DNA of 64,000 nt, from assembly GCA_963674825.1 (NCBI GenBank), contig OY771587.1:480001-544000 (forward strand), given 5' to 3'. Numbering within the stretch: position 1 is the stretch's first letter; every line of letters begins with the position of its first letter. A program made the position numbers and the translations under genes. This stretch comes from Candidatus Cloacimonadales bacterium (GTDB lineage: Bacteria > Cloacimonadota > Cloacimonadia > Cloacimonadales > JAIOQZ01). Under the pieces are notes generated by a model, which did no database searches, had not been told where the DNA came from, and saw only the letters and a program-made list of their open reading frames with translations. Below, piece after piece: positions 19,698-30,694 of the stretch.

Positions 19698-20540
19698 TCA
19701 CAGTTGTTCTGTTATCAGTTTTCGTATGTTCAGTTCATGCATAACAGGCACCCAGAAATCTTCCGATTTGGTTCCTGGCAGGCACGACTGCTGCGGTATT
19801 GCTTTGAATGCCATTTCGGCTATTTTATCCTCTTCGAGACCCACAACCTCCTGATTCAAGCGGAAGTTGCCAAAAGCCTTCTTGAGATTGTTCAGATAAA
19901 GCGAATGCTGCTGAACGATTCCCATATCTGCCGGATCGCCATGCCCTGGAATGATCGTGTCTATATCCAGCCAGCCAAGTTTGTCCAGAGAAAGGAGATA
20001 AATATCGCTATCACCCCAGTAGAAATAAGGCACCGATACCTTGTCGCTCGCGCCGCTGAGAACCGTATCGCCTGCAATAAGGACACGATCTTCGTGGATG
20101 TAAATCACCGAGCTGTCCATGGTGTGACCGGGTGTATGCAGGATGTTGATCTCGACAGGATGCTCGATTCGTGTTGAACCGAAGAAGGCAATATCAGGAA
20201 AAACCAGATTCTTGCGATCGAGAATTGATTTCGCCTGCGGAGCTATGACGTTACGCTCGCTGGTAATGGTGTCCATGTAGTCCGCATGAGCAATGATCGA
20301 TGTATGTGGATCTTTTAAGAAGCGATTCCCATAGCAGTGGTCACTGTGCCAGTGAGTATTGATAATATAACGAACCGGCTTGCCGTTGAGACGCTGCTTC
20401 AGCTCGCGAGAATCTTCAGGCAAATGCAGGGTATCGACGACAATACAGTAATCCCCACAATCGATGACTGTCGCGTTCAACATAGCGCGGCTCGCTTGAT
20501 ATACAGTGATGCGCTCGTTGATACGGGTTTCCTTCAGCAT
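19698..20540 (-). CDS. Metallo-beta-lactamase-fold hydrolase
   Basis: INTHWHSDH, TPGHT, IAGD, IPGHG; ATG 20540 after AAGGAG. Confidence 0.9.
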   Translation of the reverse strand: MLKETRINERITVYQASRAMLNATVIDCGDYCIVVDTLHLPEDSRELKQRLNGKPVRYIINTHWHSDHCYGNRFLKDPHTSIIAHADYMDTITSERNVIAPQAKSILDRKNLVFPDIAFFGSTRIEHPVEINILHTPGHTMDSSVIYIHEDRVLIAGDTVLSGASDKVSVPYFYWGDSDIYLLSLDKLGWLDIDTIIPGHGDPADMGIVQQHSLYLNNLKKAFGNFRLNQEVVGLEEDKIAEMAFKAIPQQSCLPGTKSEDFWVPVMHELNIRKLITEQL

Positions 20541-20665
20541 ACAAACTCCTTCATCATATCCAAAAAACACTGCGCAATCATGTCAACGAAAATTGTAATT
20601 AGGATAGCTCTACAGATATAGGTATGTTGTTGCATAGATACAACTTGTTACCGCTGGATTACGAT

Positions 20666-20863
20666 TCAGGATATCTTTCTCGGAATCCCTGAGCTCAAGC
20701 CCATTGAAAATCGCTTGAGAAGAATCACATATTTACTACCGCAGGCTTCACACTCGAAGTGCCTGCTATCCGGTAATAACCGCATCCATCCAAACCGAAC
20801 GAGACGATTAGCCCTGTTCGAATCGCAATACGGGCATGTCTGGGATCTGCGGATTGTCATCAT
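20666..20863 (-). CDS. Small zinc-ribbon protein
   Basis: CPYC...CEAC in 65 aa; start overlaps the upstream stop (ATGA). Confidence 0.6.
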   Translation of the reverse strand: MMTIRRSQTCPYCDSNRANRLVRFGWMRLLPDSRHFECEACGSKYVILLKRFSMGLSSGIPRKIS

Positions 20864-21651
20864 GGCTCGATAAATCCTTCGATCGATTCGCCCAGCTTAC
20901 GAGATTTTTCTTCGAATGGCAGATTGCGTTTGAAATCAAGAACCAGTTTCAGCCACGAGCCGGACATGGCATTGGGTAGCACGATGAAACGAGAACCGAA
21001 TTTGTCCCGGTTTTCGTCTGCAAGCGCTTTACGTTCCGCTATATCAGAAGTTTCCCGGAATATTCGGTCGAAGTCGTTCAGATTATCACCGACCAATAGA
21101 AGAATCTCATGCTTTTCCATCACGATTTCACGTCTTGCTTTCTTGTTGAGCCTACCGACGCGTAACATCACATGAACCGAATCCACCTGCGGGAATCCCA
21201 AATTGATCAGGTTTTTCATCGTCCCTTCGATATAGCTGTCGTTGCGATCCGAAATGTAGAATATCGCACATCCATGTTCATCTGCGTACTTCAGGAAATC
21301 CACAGCTCCCGGAACGGCTGAAGCCATCGCCTGCTGATTCCATCGCGCAAAATCGTCGGGATAGGTCGTGCCTCTGAGCGCGTCTTCGGCGTTGTACCGG
21401 CTGTTATCGAGAACGGTCTCGTCGATATCGACAACAACTGCCGGCGTCTTGGTGTATTCTTCATTAAGAAGCTGCTCAAGCCTGAGTGTCGCGATGTTGT
21501 ATGCCTGATAGCAAAGGGCCCTGTATTCCGCGGAATTCTGTTGCCATGATACAGGCATAAGAAGTGTGGGATCCTTTATAGCCAGGGAGTCCTGTGAGAA
21601 CAGGAAACTCGTGATAAAAATGACGACTATGATCGCCGTGATACGTCTCAT
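20860..21651 (-). CDS. 5'-nucleotidase e(P4) family / class C acid phosphatase (HAD)
   Basis: SAEYRALCYQAYN, VVDIDETVLDNS, LVGDNLNDF, FIVLPN; signal peptide. Confidence 0.92.
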   Translation of the reverse strand: MRRITAIIVVIFITSFLFSQDSLAIKDPTLLMPVSWQQNSAEYRALCYQAYNIATLRLEQLLNEEYTKTPAVVVDIDETVLDNSRYNAEDALRGTTYPDDFARWNQQAMASAVPGAVDFLKYADEHGCAIFYISDRNDSYIEGTMKNLINLGFPQVDSVHVMLRVGRLNKKARREIVMEKHEILLLVGDNLNDFDRIFRETSDIAERKALADENRDKFGSRFIVLPNAMSGSWLKLVLDFKRNLPFEEKSRKLGESIEGFIEP

Positions 21652-21710
21652 TGTTCGCTCCAATAATCGTTTCAACCAAATTTACCAGAACGTCCTAAAA
21701 AATCAATTAA

Positions 21711-21788
21711 AAAAAAACCGTCATGCGTTAGCCAGGCGGTTTTTCATGGCTTTTAAAAAAAACCGCCACACCTAAGTATGACGGTTTT
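21711..21788. terminator. Twin terminator hairpins after the MCP gene, forming one imperfect inverted repeat
   Basis: AAAACCGTCAT (21714-24)/ATGACGGTTTT (21778-88) and GGCGGTTTTT (21735-44)/AAAAACCGCC (21758-67). Confidence 0.7.
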
Positions 21789-21812
21789 CCGTGGTATCTA
21801 TCGATTCACGAC

Positions 21813-24800
21813 CTAAAAGTCAGTGTGCGAATCATCGTATCCATCATCCATCGGCAGGACGATTTCGATGTCGTCGCCAGCGTATTTATTACTTGATTTT
21901 CCGGTGCTTGGAGCTGGTGGGAGCGACTTTCTCTTCGCAGGAGCCGGAATACTCGGACCGCGGTCTTCGAAACGGCGACCTGCTCCGGTGTTCATCGACT
22001 GGCTCAATTGGAATTCCTGAACCATCGAGCGAAGTTCGGCAGCCTGTGAGTTCAGCTCTTCAGCAGCACTTGCGGATTCCTCGGCGTTCGCCGCGTTACC
22101 TTGGGTAACCTTGTTCAGCTCGCCGACCGCTACATTCACCTGACGAATGCCTTCCGATTGTTCATCGGACGACACAGAGATTTCCTTAACGATATTGTTC
22201 ACCTTAGTGAAACTTGCTTGGATGTCTCCGAACGACTGGGTTACTTCTTCAACGATCTTCGCGCCGTCTTCGGAATTCTTCAGCGAGGTTTCGATCAGTT
22301 CGTCGGTGTTCTTGGCTGCTTCAGCGCTACGCAGCGCGAGGTTCTTCACCTCTTCCGCCACGACAGCGAAGCCCTTGCCTGCCTCTCCTGCATGCGCAGC
22401 TTCCACAGCGGCATTCAGTGCGAGGAGATTGGTCTGGAACGCGATATCGTTGATCGTCTTAATGATGTTGCTGGTTTCATGCGCCGATTGAGTAATCGCC
22501 GCCATTGCACTATTCATACGGGACATCGCGCTGTTTCCGGAATGTACATGTTTCAGGGATTGCTCGGAAAGAACCATTCCCTGTTTTGCATTCTCTGCGT
22601 TGTTCAGCGTGAGTGAGTTCATCTGCTCGAGGCTGGATGCGATTTCTTCCAGCGAGCTTGCCTGTTCGGATGAACCGGAAGCCAACGATTGGCTACCGTT
22701 CGAGATCTCACCCGATGCTGAAGAAATCTGCTGAACCGCACGATCGACCTGAGTCAGTGCGTCCTCTAAGTTATCACCCGCATTATTGATATTCTGTTTG
22801 AATTCGTTGAGATCGCCCTTATAGTTTCCGCGAACTCGAGCTGTCATGTTCTTGCTTGCCAGTTCGCTCATGACATTCATTGCTTCAGTCAACGGGTTGA
22901 CAACCGCGTCGAGCAGCCTGTTGATACCTTCCACGAGTTCCTGGTAAGCGCCTTTGTGTTTCGCGGCATTCGCACGTTTTTTCAATCTGCCGTCGGTCGC
23001 CGACTGGACAAGTTCCTGAGCGTCGTTGATAAGCTGCCCAAGAGCACCCTTCACGTCTGCAAGACTCTGATTGATTGCCTGGAAGCGCTTTCCAGTCTCT
23101 TCGGTATCTTTATCAGTCGATCCAACAGATGTCTCGAAGTTCACATCGCCATCTGCAAGAAGTTCCAGACGACCCAGAACCTTTTTAACTTCCACTTCCT
23201 GATAGGCGTTAATTTTTTCTGTTATCCGTTGAGCGGTTCTGATTACCGTAAGATCGGTTACTACCTCAAGTGCACCAACGATATCACCCTGACGATTCCG
23301 AACAGGAAGTCCACGGTATTCGATATCGAGATTCTTGCCCATCGGGTGTGCTTTGGTCTCACTCTGCATTGCGGCACCTGATCTCATGCACTTGCCAAGC
23401 GCGCACTTCTCGTTATTACAGTCATCCGTCTTGATATGATCGTAGCATTTCTGTCCAACAAGACTCTGTTGCGTTTTTCCGACCATTTCAGCGCCGCTCT
23501 TGTTCATGAACTGGATATTGAAGTTTTTATCAACAATCATATTGGGAGTTGGTGACATGTCGATGATTCCAATGATCGTATCGACGACTTCATTCACACC
23601 GGCCATGAGATTTTGATAGCTACCCTCGTGACGCTTTGCATCAGCGCGGGTCATGAGCTTACCAACAACAAGATCATTTACCAGTTGATCCACGTCGTCC
23701 AGCATACCGTTCAGCGTTGTGATACACTGGTTCAGGTTGTCTTTGATCTCGTTGAAATCGCCATTGTACTTGTCGGTAATCAGCGGAGGCATGATACCTC
23801 TGGATATCTTGCCAACGTAGTCAAGTGTAACATTGATCGGTTTGACGAAGGCTTCGATTAAGCTGTTGATACCGTTAACTGAATCGGTAAAATCCCGTCC
23901 AACCGTGGAGGAATCAAGGCGATCTTTCAACTGGCCTTGGATTACAGCATCAATGACGCTTTGAATCTGGGCATTTACACCCTTGATCTGCTTACCAATC
24001 GAATGTCCGAGATAAATTCCGATAAGTGTGAAGATTACACCAAGAACCAGCGCGGTTATAATAATGGTGATCAACATTTTGTGGACAGGGGCCAGGGCTT
24101 CGGAAGCATAAGAACCCATCGCGATTGACCAGGTTGTGCCTTCGATTGGAGAGTATCCCATATATCGGACTTCACCCTCGTAAAAGTAGTTACCTGTACC
24201 AAGCTTGCCATTGATCATCTCAGTCATAACCATCGCAAGTTCTTTAAATTTGGCATCTTTCTTAGATTCATTGATATAGTTGACCTGATTAAGAATCAAA
24301 TCTGCATTCTTGTGGCCAACCATAGTCCCTTCCGAATCAATAACAAAGGAGTAGCCCTTCTCACCATATGAAAGGCTATTTGTGATATCTGTAAGAAACG
24401 TTCCCGGAAGTCTTCCGATTAATACTCCCTGGATTTGTCGGTTGGAATTACGTATTGGAGTTGCAACAATGAATACTACCTGATTGGTCGCACGGCTGAC
24501 GATCGCATCGCTTATTACCGTTTTTCCGGCTAACGCATCTTTAAAATATTTGCGATCACTTACATCAAGCTGCTTTCCGTCAGGATACGTTGCATTTCCT
24601 GATTGATCTACAACTGCCATACCGATGAATTGAGTTGCACTCACTTCCTTTATCATTGCTGAGCGCTGCTGTTCCCATTCCCAGGATGTCATGACGTTGC
24701 GATCTGCAATTGTTTCAAGCTGTCTTTCAACAACCTCAATGTTTGCCGATACTGCTTTCGAACCAGTTTTGGCCAGTTCGACAAGTGTCAGCTCCAATGC

Positions 24801-24917
24801 ATTGATCAACGCCTTGGATGACGACATATAATTGATCGTGCCAAGTATCAGTACGATTGACAGTACTACCCCGACAATCAGTATCAGCACTTTGTTGCCA
24901 ATTGTGAGACCTTTCAT
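21813..24917 (-). CDS. Methyl-accepting chemotaxis protein (dCache, TM, poly-HAMP, PAS, MCP signal)
   Basis: Two TM helices around a Cache domain (DVSDRKYFK); IAFQTNLLALNAAVEAAHAGEAGKGFAVVAEEVKNLA signalling hairpin. Confidence 0.95.
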   Translation of the reverse strand: MKGLTIGNKVLILIVGVVLSIVLILGTINYMSSSKALINALELTLVELAKTGSKAVSANIEVVERQLETIADRNVMTSWEWEQQRSAMIKEVSATQFIGMAVVDQSGNATYPDGKQLDVSDRKYFKDALAGKTVISDAIVSRATNQVVFIVATPIRNSNRQIQGVLIGRLPGTFLTDITNSLSYGEKGYSFVIDSEGTMVGHKNADLILNQVNYINESKKDAKFKELAMVMTEMINGKLGTGNYFYEGEVRYMGYSPIEGTTWSIAMGSYASEALAPVHKMLITIIITALVLGVIFTLIGIYLGHSIGKQIKGVNAQIQSVIDAVIQGQLKDRLDSSTVGRDFTDSVNGINSLIEAFVKPINVTLDYVGKISRGIMPPLITDKYNGDFNEIKDNLNQCITTLNGMLDDVDQLVNDLVVGKLMTRADAKRHEGSYQNLMAGVNEVVDTIIGIIDMSPTPNMIVDKNFNIQFMNKSGAEMVGKTQQSLVGQKCYDHIKTDDCNNEKCALGKCMRSGAAMQSETKAHPMGKNLDIEYRGLPVRNRQGDIVGALEVVTDLTVIRTAQRITEKINAYQEVEVKKVLGRLELLADGDVNFETSVGSTDKDTEETGKRFQAINQSLADVKGALGQLINDAQELVQSATDGRLKKRANAAKHKGAYQELVEGINRLLDAVVNPLTEAMNVMSELASKNMTARVRGNYKGDLNEFKQNINNAGDNLEDALTQVDRAVQQISSASGEISNGSQSLASGSSEQASSLEEIASSLEQMNSLTLNNAENAKQGMVLSEQSLKHVHSGNSAMSRMNSAMAAITQSAHETSNIIKTINDIAFQTNLLALNAAVEAAHAGEAGKGFAVVAEEVKNLALRSAEAAKNTDELIETSLKNSEDGAKIVEEVTQSFGDIQASFTKVNNIVKEISVSSDEQSEGIRQVNVAVGELNKVTQGNAANAEESASAAEELNSQAAELRSMVQEFQLSQSMNTGAGRRFEDRGPSIPAPAKRKSLPPAPSTGKSSNKYAGDDIEIVLPMDDGYDDSHTDF

Positions 24918-24956
24918 TATTTGCTCCTTACGTCTATAAAATTTACTTGTATTTGC

Positions 24957-25454
24957 CTATTTCTTCTGGCTGGCTTGCAGTTCCCGCATCTCGGTCAATT
25001 CCTTGCGTGAGAGTATCCGACCTGTATCGAGAAGGGTTATCACCTTCCCCTTGATCTTCGCCATACCTTCTATATAGTTATTATCGATGCTGGAACTCAT
25101 CGTCGGTAATTCGTCGATGAGCTGATCGTCGATATCGATAACCTCAAGCACATTATCCACAATCATTCCGATGATCACTTCGCTACCCTGCACCGGTACT
25201 TTCACCACGATAATGCTTGTGCGGTCGTCATATTCGCGTTCCGGCAGGTTAAGCCTCAACCGGAGATCCATTACAGGCGTGATTCGTCCGCTTCGATTGA
25301 TTACACCTTTGATATACGGCGGTGTTTGTGGTATTGGTGTGATTTCAGGAATTGCAATGATCTGGACAATGTTATCAACATTGATACCGTATGGCTGTTC
25401 TTTAAGGAAAAAGGCGAGAAACTTGATGTTGTTCTGGCTGACGTGATCGTCCAC
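24957..25454 (-). CDS. cheW: Chemotaxis adaptor CheW
   Basis: ITPIPQTPPYIKGVINRSGRITPVMDLR, IGMIVDNVLEV; GTG start after AGGAGG. Confidence 0.93.
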   Translation of the reverse strand: MDDHVSQNNIKFLAFFLKEQPYGINVDNIVQIIAIPEITPIPQTPPYIKGVINRSGRITPVMDLRLRLNLPEREYDDRTSIIVVKVPVQGSEVIIGMIVDNVLEVIDIDDQLIDELPTMSSSIDNNYIEGMAKIKGKVITLLDTGRILSRKELTEMRELQASQKK

Positions 25455-26083
25455 AAAACCTCCTGACGTGATAGGATTTTTTTTCTAGATAGCTGTTTGA
25501 ACCTGTTTTCGCAGATTAGCTCCTGCTGATAATAATCACCCCGGCATTGGACTGCATTAACGAATTTGATTCTCATGATCTCGGCTGCATTTCATAAAAA
25601 TGCATTCACATTTCAACGTCACCATTCATCAATTAACCTAATCCGATCTTTGAAATTTGCAAGGAGAAAAAAATGAACATTCCAGCTCTATATCTTCATA
25701 CAAACACAGTAACGAGACATGATGAGCGATTAAATCGTACTTCATTTCAAAATCTAACCAATTCGAATGTGAATCTACATTAAGGCTATCGTAAAGGTCT
25801 GTTCTCAGTTAGCTCATTCTGAATGAATTTCGTGCTGTTTCTTCATATAAGGACTGATACCAACAAATCGGATAATTTCCTTTTTTCTCTGCAATTATTT
25901 TCTCAGTAAAATTTGATCGAATCAGTTTACGTGATGGAGTACCAAGGAATAATTTGACAAATATCAAAGCGCACCTTGAGAATGTCGTGAAGCATTATCT
26001 ATCTCATTGTTCCGAATCAGTGGATATATCCGGACGTATTAACGCTTGAATTTTCCTACCGGAAGATCGTAAAGGAGGCAACA

Positions 26084-27166
26084 TTGACAGGTAGAAATAC
26101 GCTGTATCTAATAGTCTCGCTCATTTCCCTACTTCTTATCACGTCATGCGGTAAGAAATCAGATCGGAATGATACCACTCAACCCGACCGCATAAAGATC
26201 GGCCTCGCTCTTGGATACGACGGCATTGGCGACATGGCTTTCAATGACATGCAATACCGTGGTCTTATCCAGGCAAAGCACAAGTACCCGATCGACGTGG
26301 TTTATAAAGTCCCAAAACATGAGAGCGACGATGACCAGGGTCAATGCATTCAGGAACTGATTGATGAAAAATGTGATTTAATCTTCTCATCTGGAATCTT
26401 TTCTATCAATGGTATTAAACACTTTGCGCCGGATCACCCTGAAATCCGATTCGTCCTTCTGGATAATCCCATCAAAGGGTTTGAAAACGTCACATCGGTT
26501 ATCTACGCACAGCACGAAGGCTCGTTCTTGGTCGGATATTTAGCCGGTCGTTTTACAAGAACAGGAAAAGTTGGGTTCATTGGCGGCGTGGATATTCCTG
26601 TGATCAAGGCCTTTTACCAAGGATACAAAGAGGGCATCGAATATGCCAATCCCAACGTCGTTATCGATGTGAAGTACTGTAGCTTCTCTCCTGATTTTTC
26701 AGGTTTTAATAACCCCGAAAAAGGGCACACCCTCGCCAATGAGATGTACGATCGTGGTGTCGATGTCATCTATAACGTCGCCAGCGCTTCTGGAAACGGT
26801 ATTATCACCGCTGCAAGCGAACGCGGTAAATATGTAATCGGTGTCGATTCCAATCAGGACGCCCTGGCCAAGGGATACGTCCTGACAAGCATGATGAAAC
26901 GGCTCGATCTTTCCATTACTGACATCGTAGGAAAATATTTAAACAACGAACTCGTAGGCGACTCTATCTACGTTTACGGATTGAAAAACAACGGTGTCTC
27001 CCTCACCGATATGGAATTCACTCGTGATTTCATTGGTGATCAGACGATCGAAGAACTCGAAAAAATCAAAGAAAAGATCATAGACGGCAAGATTATCGTA
27101 ACCAATCTCCATGAGGAATACCTGAAGGACTACCTTGATGAACAGAATGAGGAAATTGAAAAATAA
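26084..27166 (+). CDS. BMP-family (PnrA/TmpC/Med-like) substrate-binding lipoprotein
   Basis: TTG start after AAGGAGG; lipobox LITSC; GDMAFN, HEGSFLVGYLAG, VIGVDSNQ, LTSMMKRLD. Confidence 0.92.
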   Translation: MTGRNTLYLIVSLISLLLITSCGKKSDRNDTTQPDRIKIGLALGYDGIGDMAFNDMQYRGLIQAKHKYPIDVVYKVPKHESDDDQGQCIQELIDEKCDLIFSSGIFSINGIKHFAPDHPEIRFVLLDNPIKGFENVTSVIYAQHEGSFLVGYLAGRFTRTGKVGFIGGVDIPVIKAFYQGYKEGIEYANPNVVIDVKYCSFSPDFSGFNNPEKGHTLANEMYDRGVDVIYNVASASGNGIITAASERGKYVIGVDSNQDALAKGYVLTSMMKRLDLSITDIVGKYLNNELVGDSIYVYGLKNNGVSLTDMEFTRDFIGDQTIEELEKIKEKIIDGKIIVTNLHEEYLKDYLDEQNEEIEK

Positions 27167-29939
27167 CCTGTTTGCCAAATTCATCCTGACAATCAGCCTC
27201 TTGCTGGTGTCTTTTTTCTTCATCTTCGGCACAATACTGGTTCAGATTCTGGAAAACAGCATCCTTGATGAGGTGGAAAAAGGCACAGACAAACTCACGA
27301 AATCAATAGCCATGATCAGCGCTCCATATATCGCAAACTATACATATATGTCTTTGGAACAGAGCACATTGCAGCTTCAATCGGAACAAGATGGGCAGCT
27401 CGATATCCTATCTGTGCAGATCTTTGACGCGAATGGCTTTAAGCTAAACCTGAGCGGTACTGATACAAACAACATCAAAGTCCCCCGTAAATACTGGCTC
27501 ATCAAGAACGCGCCGTGCTTCATCAAGGATATTCACGGTAACGAAAAGCGCGTTGGTTATGTGCGAATCGTCTTCTCCCTTCAGTCGGCCATCGAACGCG
27601 TGCTGACATTCCGAATGTTCTTTATCATCGCAGTTGTGTTCATTATCGTGCTTCTCGATTTCCTGGTGATTCTGTTACTTTCAAAAACCGTTATCCGGCC
27701 TATCAATCGCTTGAAGCAAGCCGCTACGAAGCTCTCCGAGCGAGATTTTGATATCAAGTTCAATAATACACCTAAGGACGAACTTGGTTTCCTCATGAAT
27801 TCGTTCCAACAGATGGGGCATGATCTGAAAGAAAGTTTTAATACCATTCAGCAGCAATACCGCCAACTCCAGATCGACCACGATGAGATCAAGAAGAGCG
27901 AAGAGACCTTCTCGCTGTTGAACCAGTGCTTCCTCGAACTGGGTCCAAATTCGGAAGACAACATCAACCTCATTGCCCAGACAGCCGGCAATATGCTGAA
28001 AGGCGAGTTCGTGCTCTACAATCGTTATAACGAAGATACGAAGTTGATACAAATTCGCGGCTCCTGGAATTCGCCATCAGAGATCGGACCAACCATCGAC
28101 CCTGAAGGTAAAATATGCTACGATGTAATCACTGGAAAAAGTGATGAAGTAATGGCAGTAGAAAACCTGGAAGAGCATAAATCCTGGGGAACGGATCCGA
28201 TACTGAAAAAATACGGGATTAAATCGTATCTTGGTGTCCCCGTCACCTTGCACGATCGCATCGTCGGTTGCCTGAGCCTGTTCGATTGCAAAAACCGCAT
28301 TTTCAAGCCTGAAGAAATCAAAGCGATGTCAATGCTCGCGCAAGCTTTGCGAAACGAAGAAGAACGTGTGAGTTCCGCCCGTGAGCTGAGAGAGACACGT
28401 AACTACCTTCGCAACGTTTTCGATTCTCTCTCTTCATCGCTCATCACGATCGATGAAAACGATACCGTCATCGAATGGAACAACGAAGCCGACCGAACCT
28501 TCAAGCTTTCCGATATCAACAACGAAACGATGGACCTCTGGCAACTGATCCCAGCGCTGAACAAAGTAAAAACGCGGATCAAGCGCGCGATTGATCAGCA
28601 AGAGCCCATCAGCATGTATCGCATCGGTGTTAAGCTCGACGATATGCAATATTTCGATCTGTCGGTAGTTCCGCTGACACTCAGGGAAGCGAAGGGTACC
28701 GTTATCAGGCTCGATAACGTTACTGATCTGGTGAAGAAGGACAACCAGCTCCTCCAGGCCCAGAAGATGGAGACCGTCGGCAATCTTGCCGGTGGACTGG
28801 CCCACGACTTCAACAACGTCCTCTGCGGTGTAACGGCTACGGTTAGCCTGCTTCGCTACTATCTTGAGATGAAAAGCATCGATGATCCGCAGGTGTTCAA
28901 CTACATACGAACCATGGAGCAATCATCCAATAGAGCTTCCGAGATGGTGCAGCAGCTTCTCATGCTTTCCCGAAAACAAGAAGTATCTTATGACGCGATC
29001 AAGCTCAATGACTCCATCAACAACGTCATGGAGATATGCAAGAATACGCTGGATAAATCAATTCATCTTCATTTGGGTGCTATCGCGAACGATGCTTATG
29101 TCACCGCCAACCAGACGCAGATAGAGCAGGTTCTTCTGAACCTCTGCGTGAATTCTTCCCACGCCATGACGATCATGCGTAAACCCCATGACAAAAAAGG
29201 CGGCAGATTGGATGTATCGCTGTACAAGTACTTTGTGGAGAAGAGCTTCAGCTCCTATCACCCGGACGCAAGAGAAGGCTATTACTGGGTCTGCGCCGTA
29301 CACGACGAAGGTGTCGGCATGAGCGACGACGTCCTCAAACGCATCTTCGATCCATTCTTCACGACCAAAGACAGCTCACAGGGAACTGGTCTCGGCCTGG
29401 CGATGGTCTATAACATCGTGAAGATGCACAACGGATTTATCAATGTCTATTCAGAAGAAGGAGTTGGCTCTACGTTTCAAGTCTATCTGCCCGTCCTTTC
29501 ACGTCAAGTTGATGTGGAAGCGCTTGATGTACCCGAAGCTTCGCTTTATCATGGAGAGGGTACCATCCTGGTGGTTGATGACGAAGAGCATGTGCGCTTG
29601 ATCTCCGAAAACATCCTGCGGGAATGCGGCTATGAGGTGATTACTGCCGAAAACGGCCGCGAAGCGCTTCAGATATTGGAGGACAATCCAGATATTAGCC
29701 TGGTTCTACTAGACCTGTCCATGCCGATCATGTCGGGCAAGGAAGCCTTTACCCGAATCAAGGAAATCTACCCGGAGATGAAGGTTATTCTCACTTCCGG
29801 TTTCCGTCAGGATAAGCGCATCAACGAGATTATTAGCGCCGGCGCGGAGCAATTCATCCCGAAACCATTCACCATGGAAGGTCTCACCAAGACTATCTAC
29901 GCAGTGATGAACAGTAAAATAAACGGAGATAACGCATGA
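27138..29939 (+). CDS. Hybrid sensor histidine kinase (TM, HAMP, GAF, PAS, HisKA, HATPase, REC)
   Basis: Two TMs, HAMP (KDELGFL), GAF (IKSYLGVPV), [30 protein letters not shown]; overlaps the BMP gene end. Confidence 0.92.
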   Translation: MNRMRKLKNNLFAKFILTISLLLVSFFFIFGTILVQILENSILDEVEKGTDKLTKSIAMISAPYIANYTYMSLEQSTLQLQSEQDGQLDILSVQIFDANGFKLNLSGTDTNNIKVPRKYWLIKNAPCFIKDIHGNEKRVGYVRIVFSLQSAIERVLTFRMFFIIAVVFIIVLLDFLVILLLSKTVIRPINRLKQAATKLSERDFDIKFNNTPKDELGFLMNSFQQMGHDLKESFNTIQQQYRQLQIDHDEIKKSEETFSLLNQCFLELGPNSEDNINLIAQTAGNMLKGEFVLYNRYNEDTKLIQIRGSWNSPSEIGPTIDPEGKICYDVITGKSDEVMAVENLEEHKSWGTDPILKKYGIKSYLGVPVTLHDRIVGCLSLFDCKNRIFKPEEIKAMSMLAQALRNEEERVSSARELRETRNYLRNVFDSLSSSLITIDENDTVIEWNNEADRTFKLSDINNETMDLWQLIPALNKVKTRIKRAIDQQEPISMYRIGVKLDDMQYFDLSVVPLTLREAKGTVIRLDNVTDLVKKDNQLLQAQKMETVGNLAGGLAHDFNNVLCGVTATVSLLRYYLEMKSIDDPQVFNYIRTMEQSSNRASEMVQQLLMLSRKQEVSYDAIKLNDSINNVMEICKNTLDKSIHLHLGAIANDAYVTANQTQIEQVLLNLCVNSSHAMTIMRKPHDKKGGRLDVSLYKYFVEKSFSSYHPDAREGYYWVCAVHDEGVGMSDDVLKRIFDPFFTTKDSSQGTGLGLAMVYNIVKMHNGFINVYSEEGVGSTFQVYLPVLSRQVDVEALDVPEASLYHGEGTILVVDDEEHVRLISENILRECGYEVITAENGREALQILEDNPDISLVLLDLSMPIMSGKEAFTRIKEIYPEMKVILTSGFRQDKRINEIISAGAEQFIPKPFTMEGLTKTIYAVMNSKINGDNA

Positions 29940-30694
29940 CCGACAATCCGACCATCCAGCTGATGAAAAACCGTAAATCGATCCGAAAATACACCGACCA
30001 TATACCTAATGACGAAGCAATTCAAGCGCTCGTCGAAGCAGCAATATCAGCACCTTTTGCAGCCCAGACATACAGTATCCTGATGCGCAGGGAGGCATCG
30101 AAAAATCCGATGGGAGCTCCGCTATTCTTTATCTTCTGCGTGGATGCATTCAAACTGGAGAAGATCATGCACAAACGCGGCTGGGAAATGGGCCAAAACG
30201 ACCTCTCCTTCCTCATTCTCGGTATTCAGGATACGGCCTATGCGGCAGAAAACATGGTCATCGCTGCCGAGAGCATGGGTATGGGAAGCTGTTATCATGG
30301 ATGGGTTCCGTTCATGGCAGAGAAATTCAAAGCATCGTTCGAATTACCGGATCGCGTATTTCCGTTGGTGGGCCTTACTGTAGGTTATCCTGCGGAGAAT
30401 CCGCCTGTACGTCCGCGCTATCCGCTTGCCTACACGCTGCATGAAGACACCTATAAACAGCCGTCGGAAGAGTTGATCGAAGAAGCCATGCGCGTCATGG
30501 ACGAAGGCTATCTCGCACAGGACTACTATCGCAAGGTGAACTACATGGTAAAACTTGACGAAGAGATGGAAGAAACCTTCACGTTCGACACATACAGCTG
30601 GACCGAGCACATCTCACGCAAGAATGGGCTCTGGCATAAGGATATTAACGAAATCCTTCAGCAGATGAAAGCGTGCGGATTCAAGCTAAGTTGA
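29936..30694 (+). CDS. Nitroreductase family protein (NfsA-like)
   Basis: NRKSIRKY, IAAESMGMGSC, LTVGYPA...RPRYP. Confidence 0.88.
   Translation: MTDNPTIQLMKNRKSIRKYTDHIPNDEAIQALVEAAISAPFAAQTYSILMRREASKNPMGAPLFFIFCVDAFKLEKIMHKRGWEMGQNDLSFLILGIQDTAYAAENMVIAAESMGMGSCYHGWVPFMAEKFKASFELPDRVFPLVGLTVGYPAENPPVRPRYPLAYTLHEDTYKQPSEELIEEAMRVMDEGYLAQDYYRKVNYMVKLDEEMEETFTFDTYSWTEHISRKNGLWHKDINEILQQMKACGFKLS

Noticed and set aside
25455..25670. c-di-GMP riboswitch or sigma-28 promoter upstream of cheW
   Set aside because: No GEMM-type motif; GCCGAGAT lacks a correctly spaced TAAA.
25673..25783. 36-aa ORF after AAGGAG (MNIPALYLHTNTV...)
   Set aside because: No motif; the apparent SD may simply be the reverse complement of sequence flanking a TTGCAA box facing cheW.
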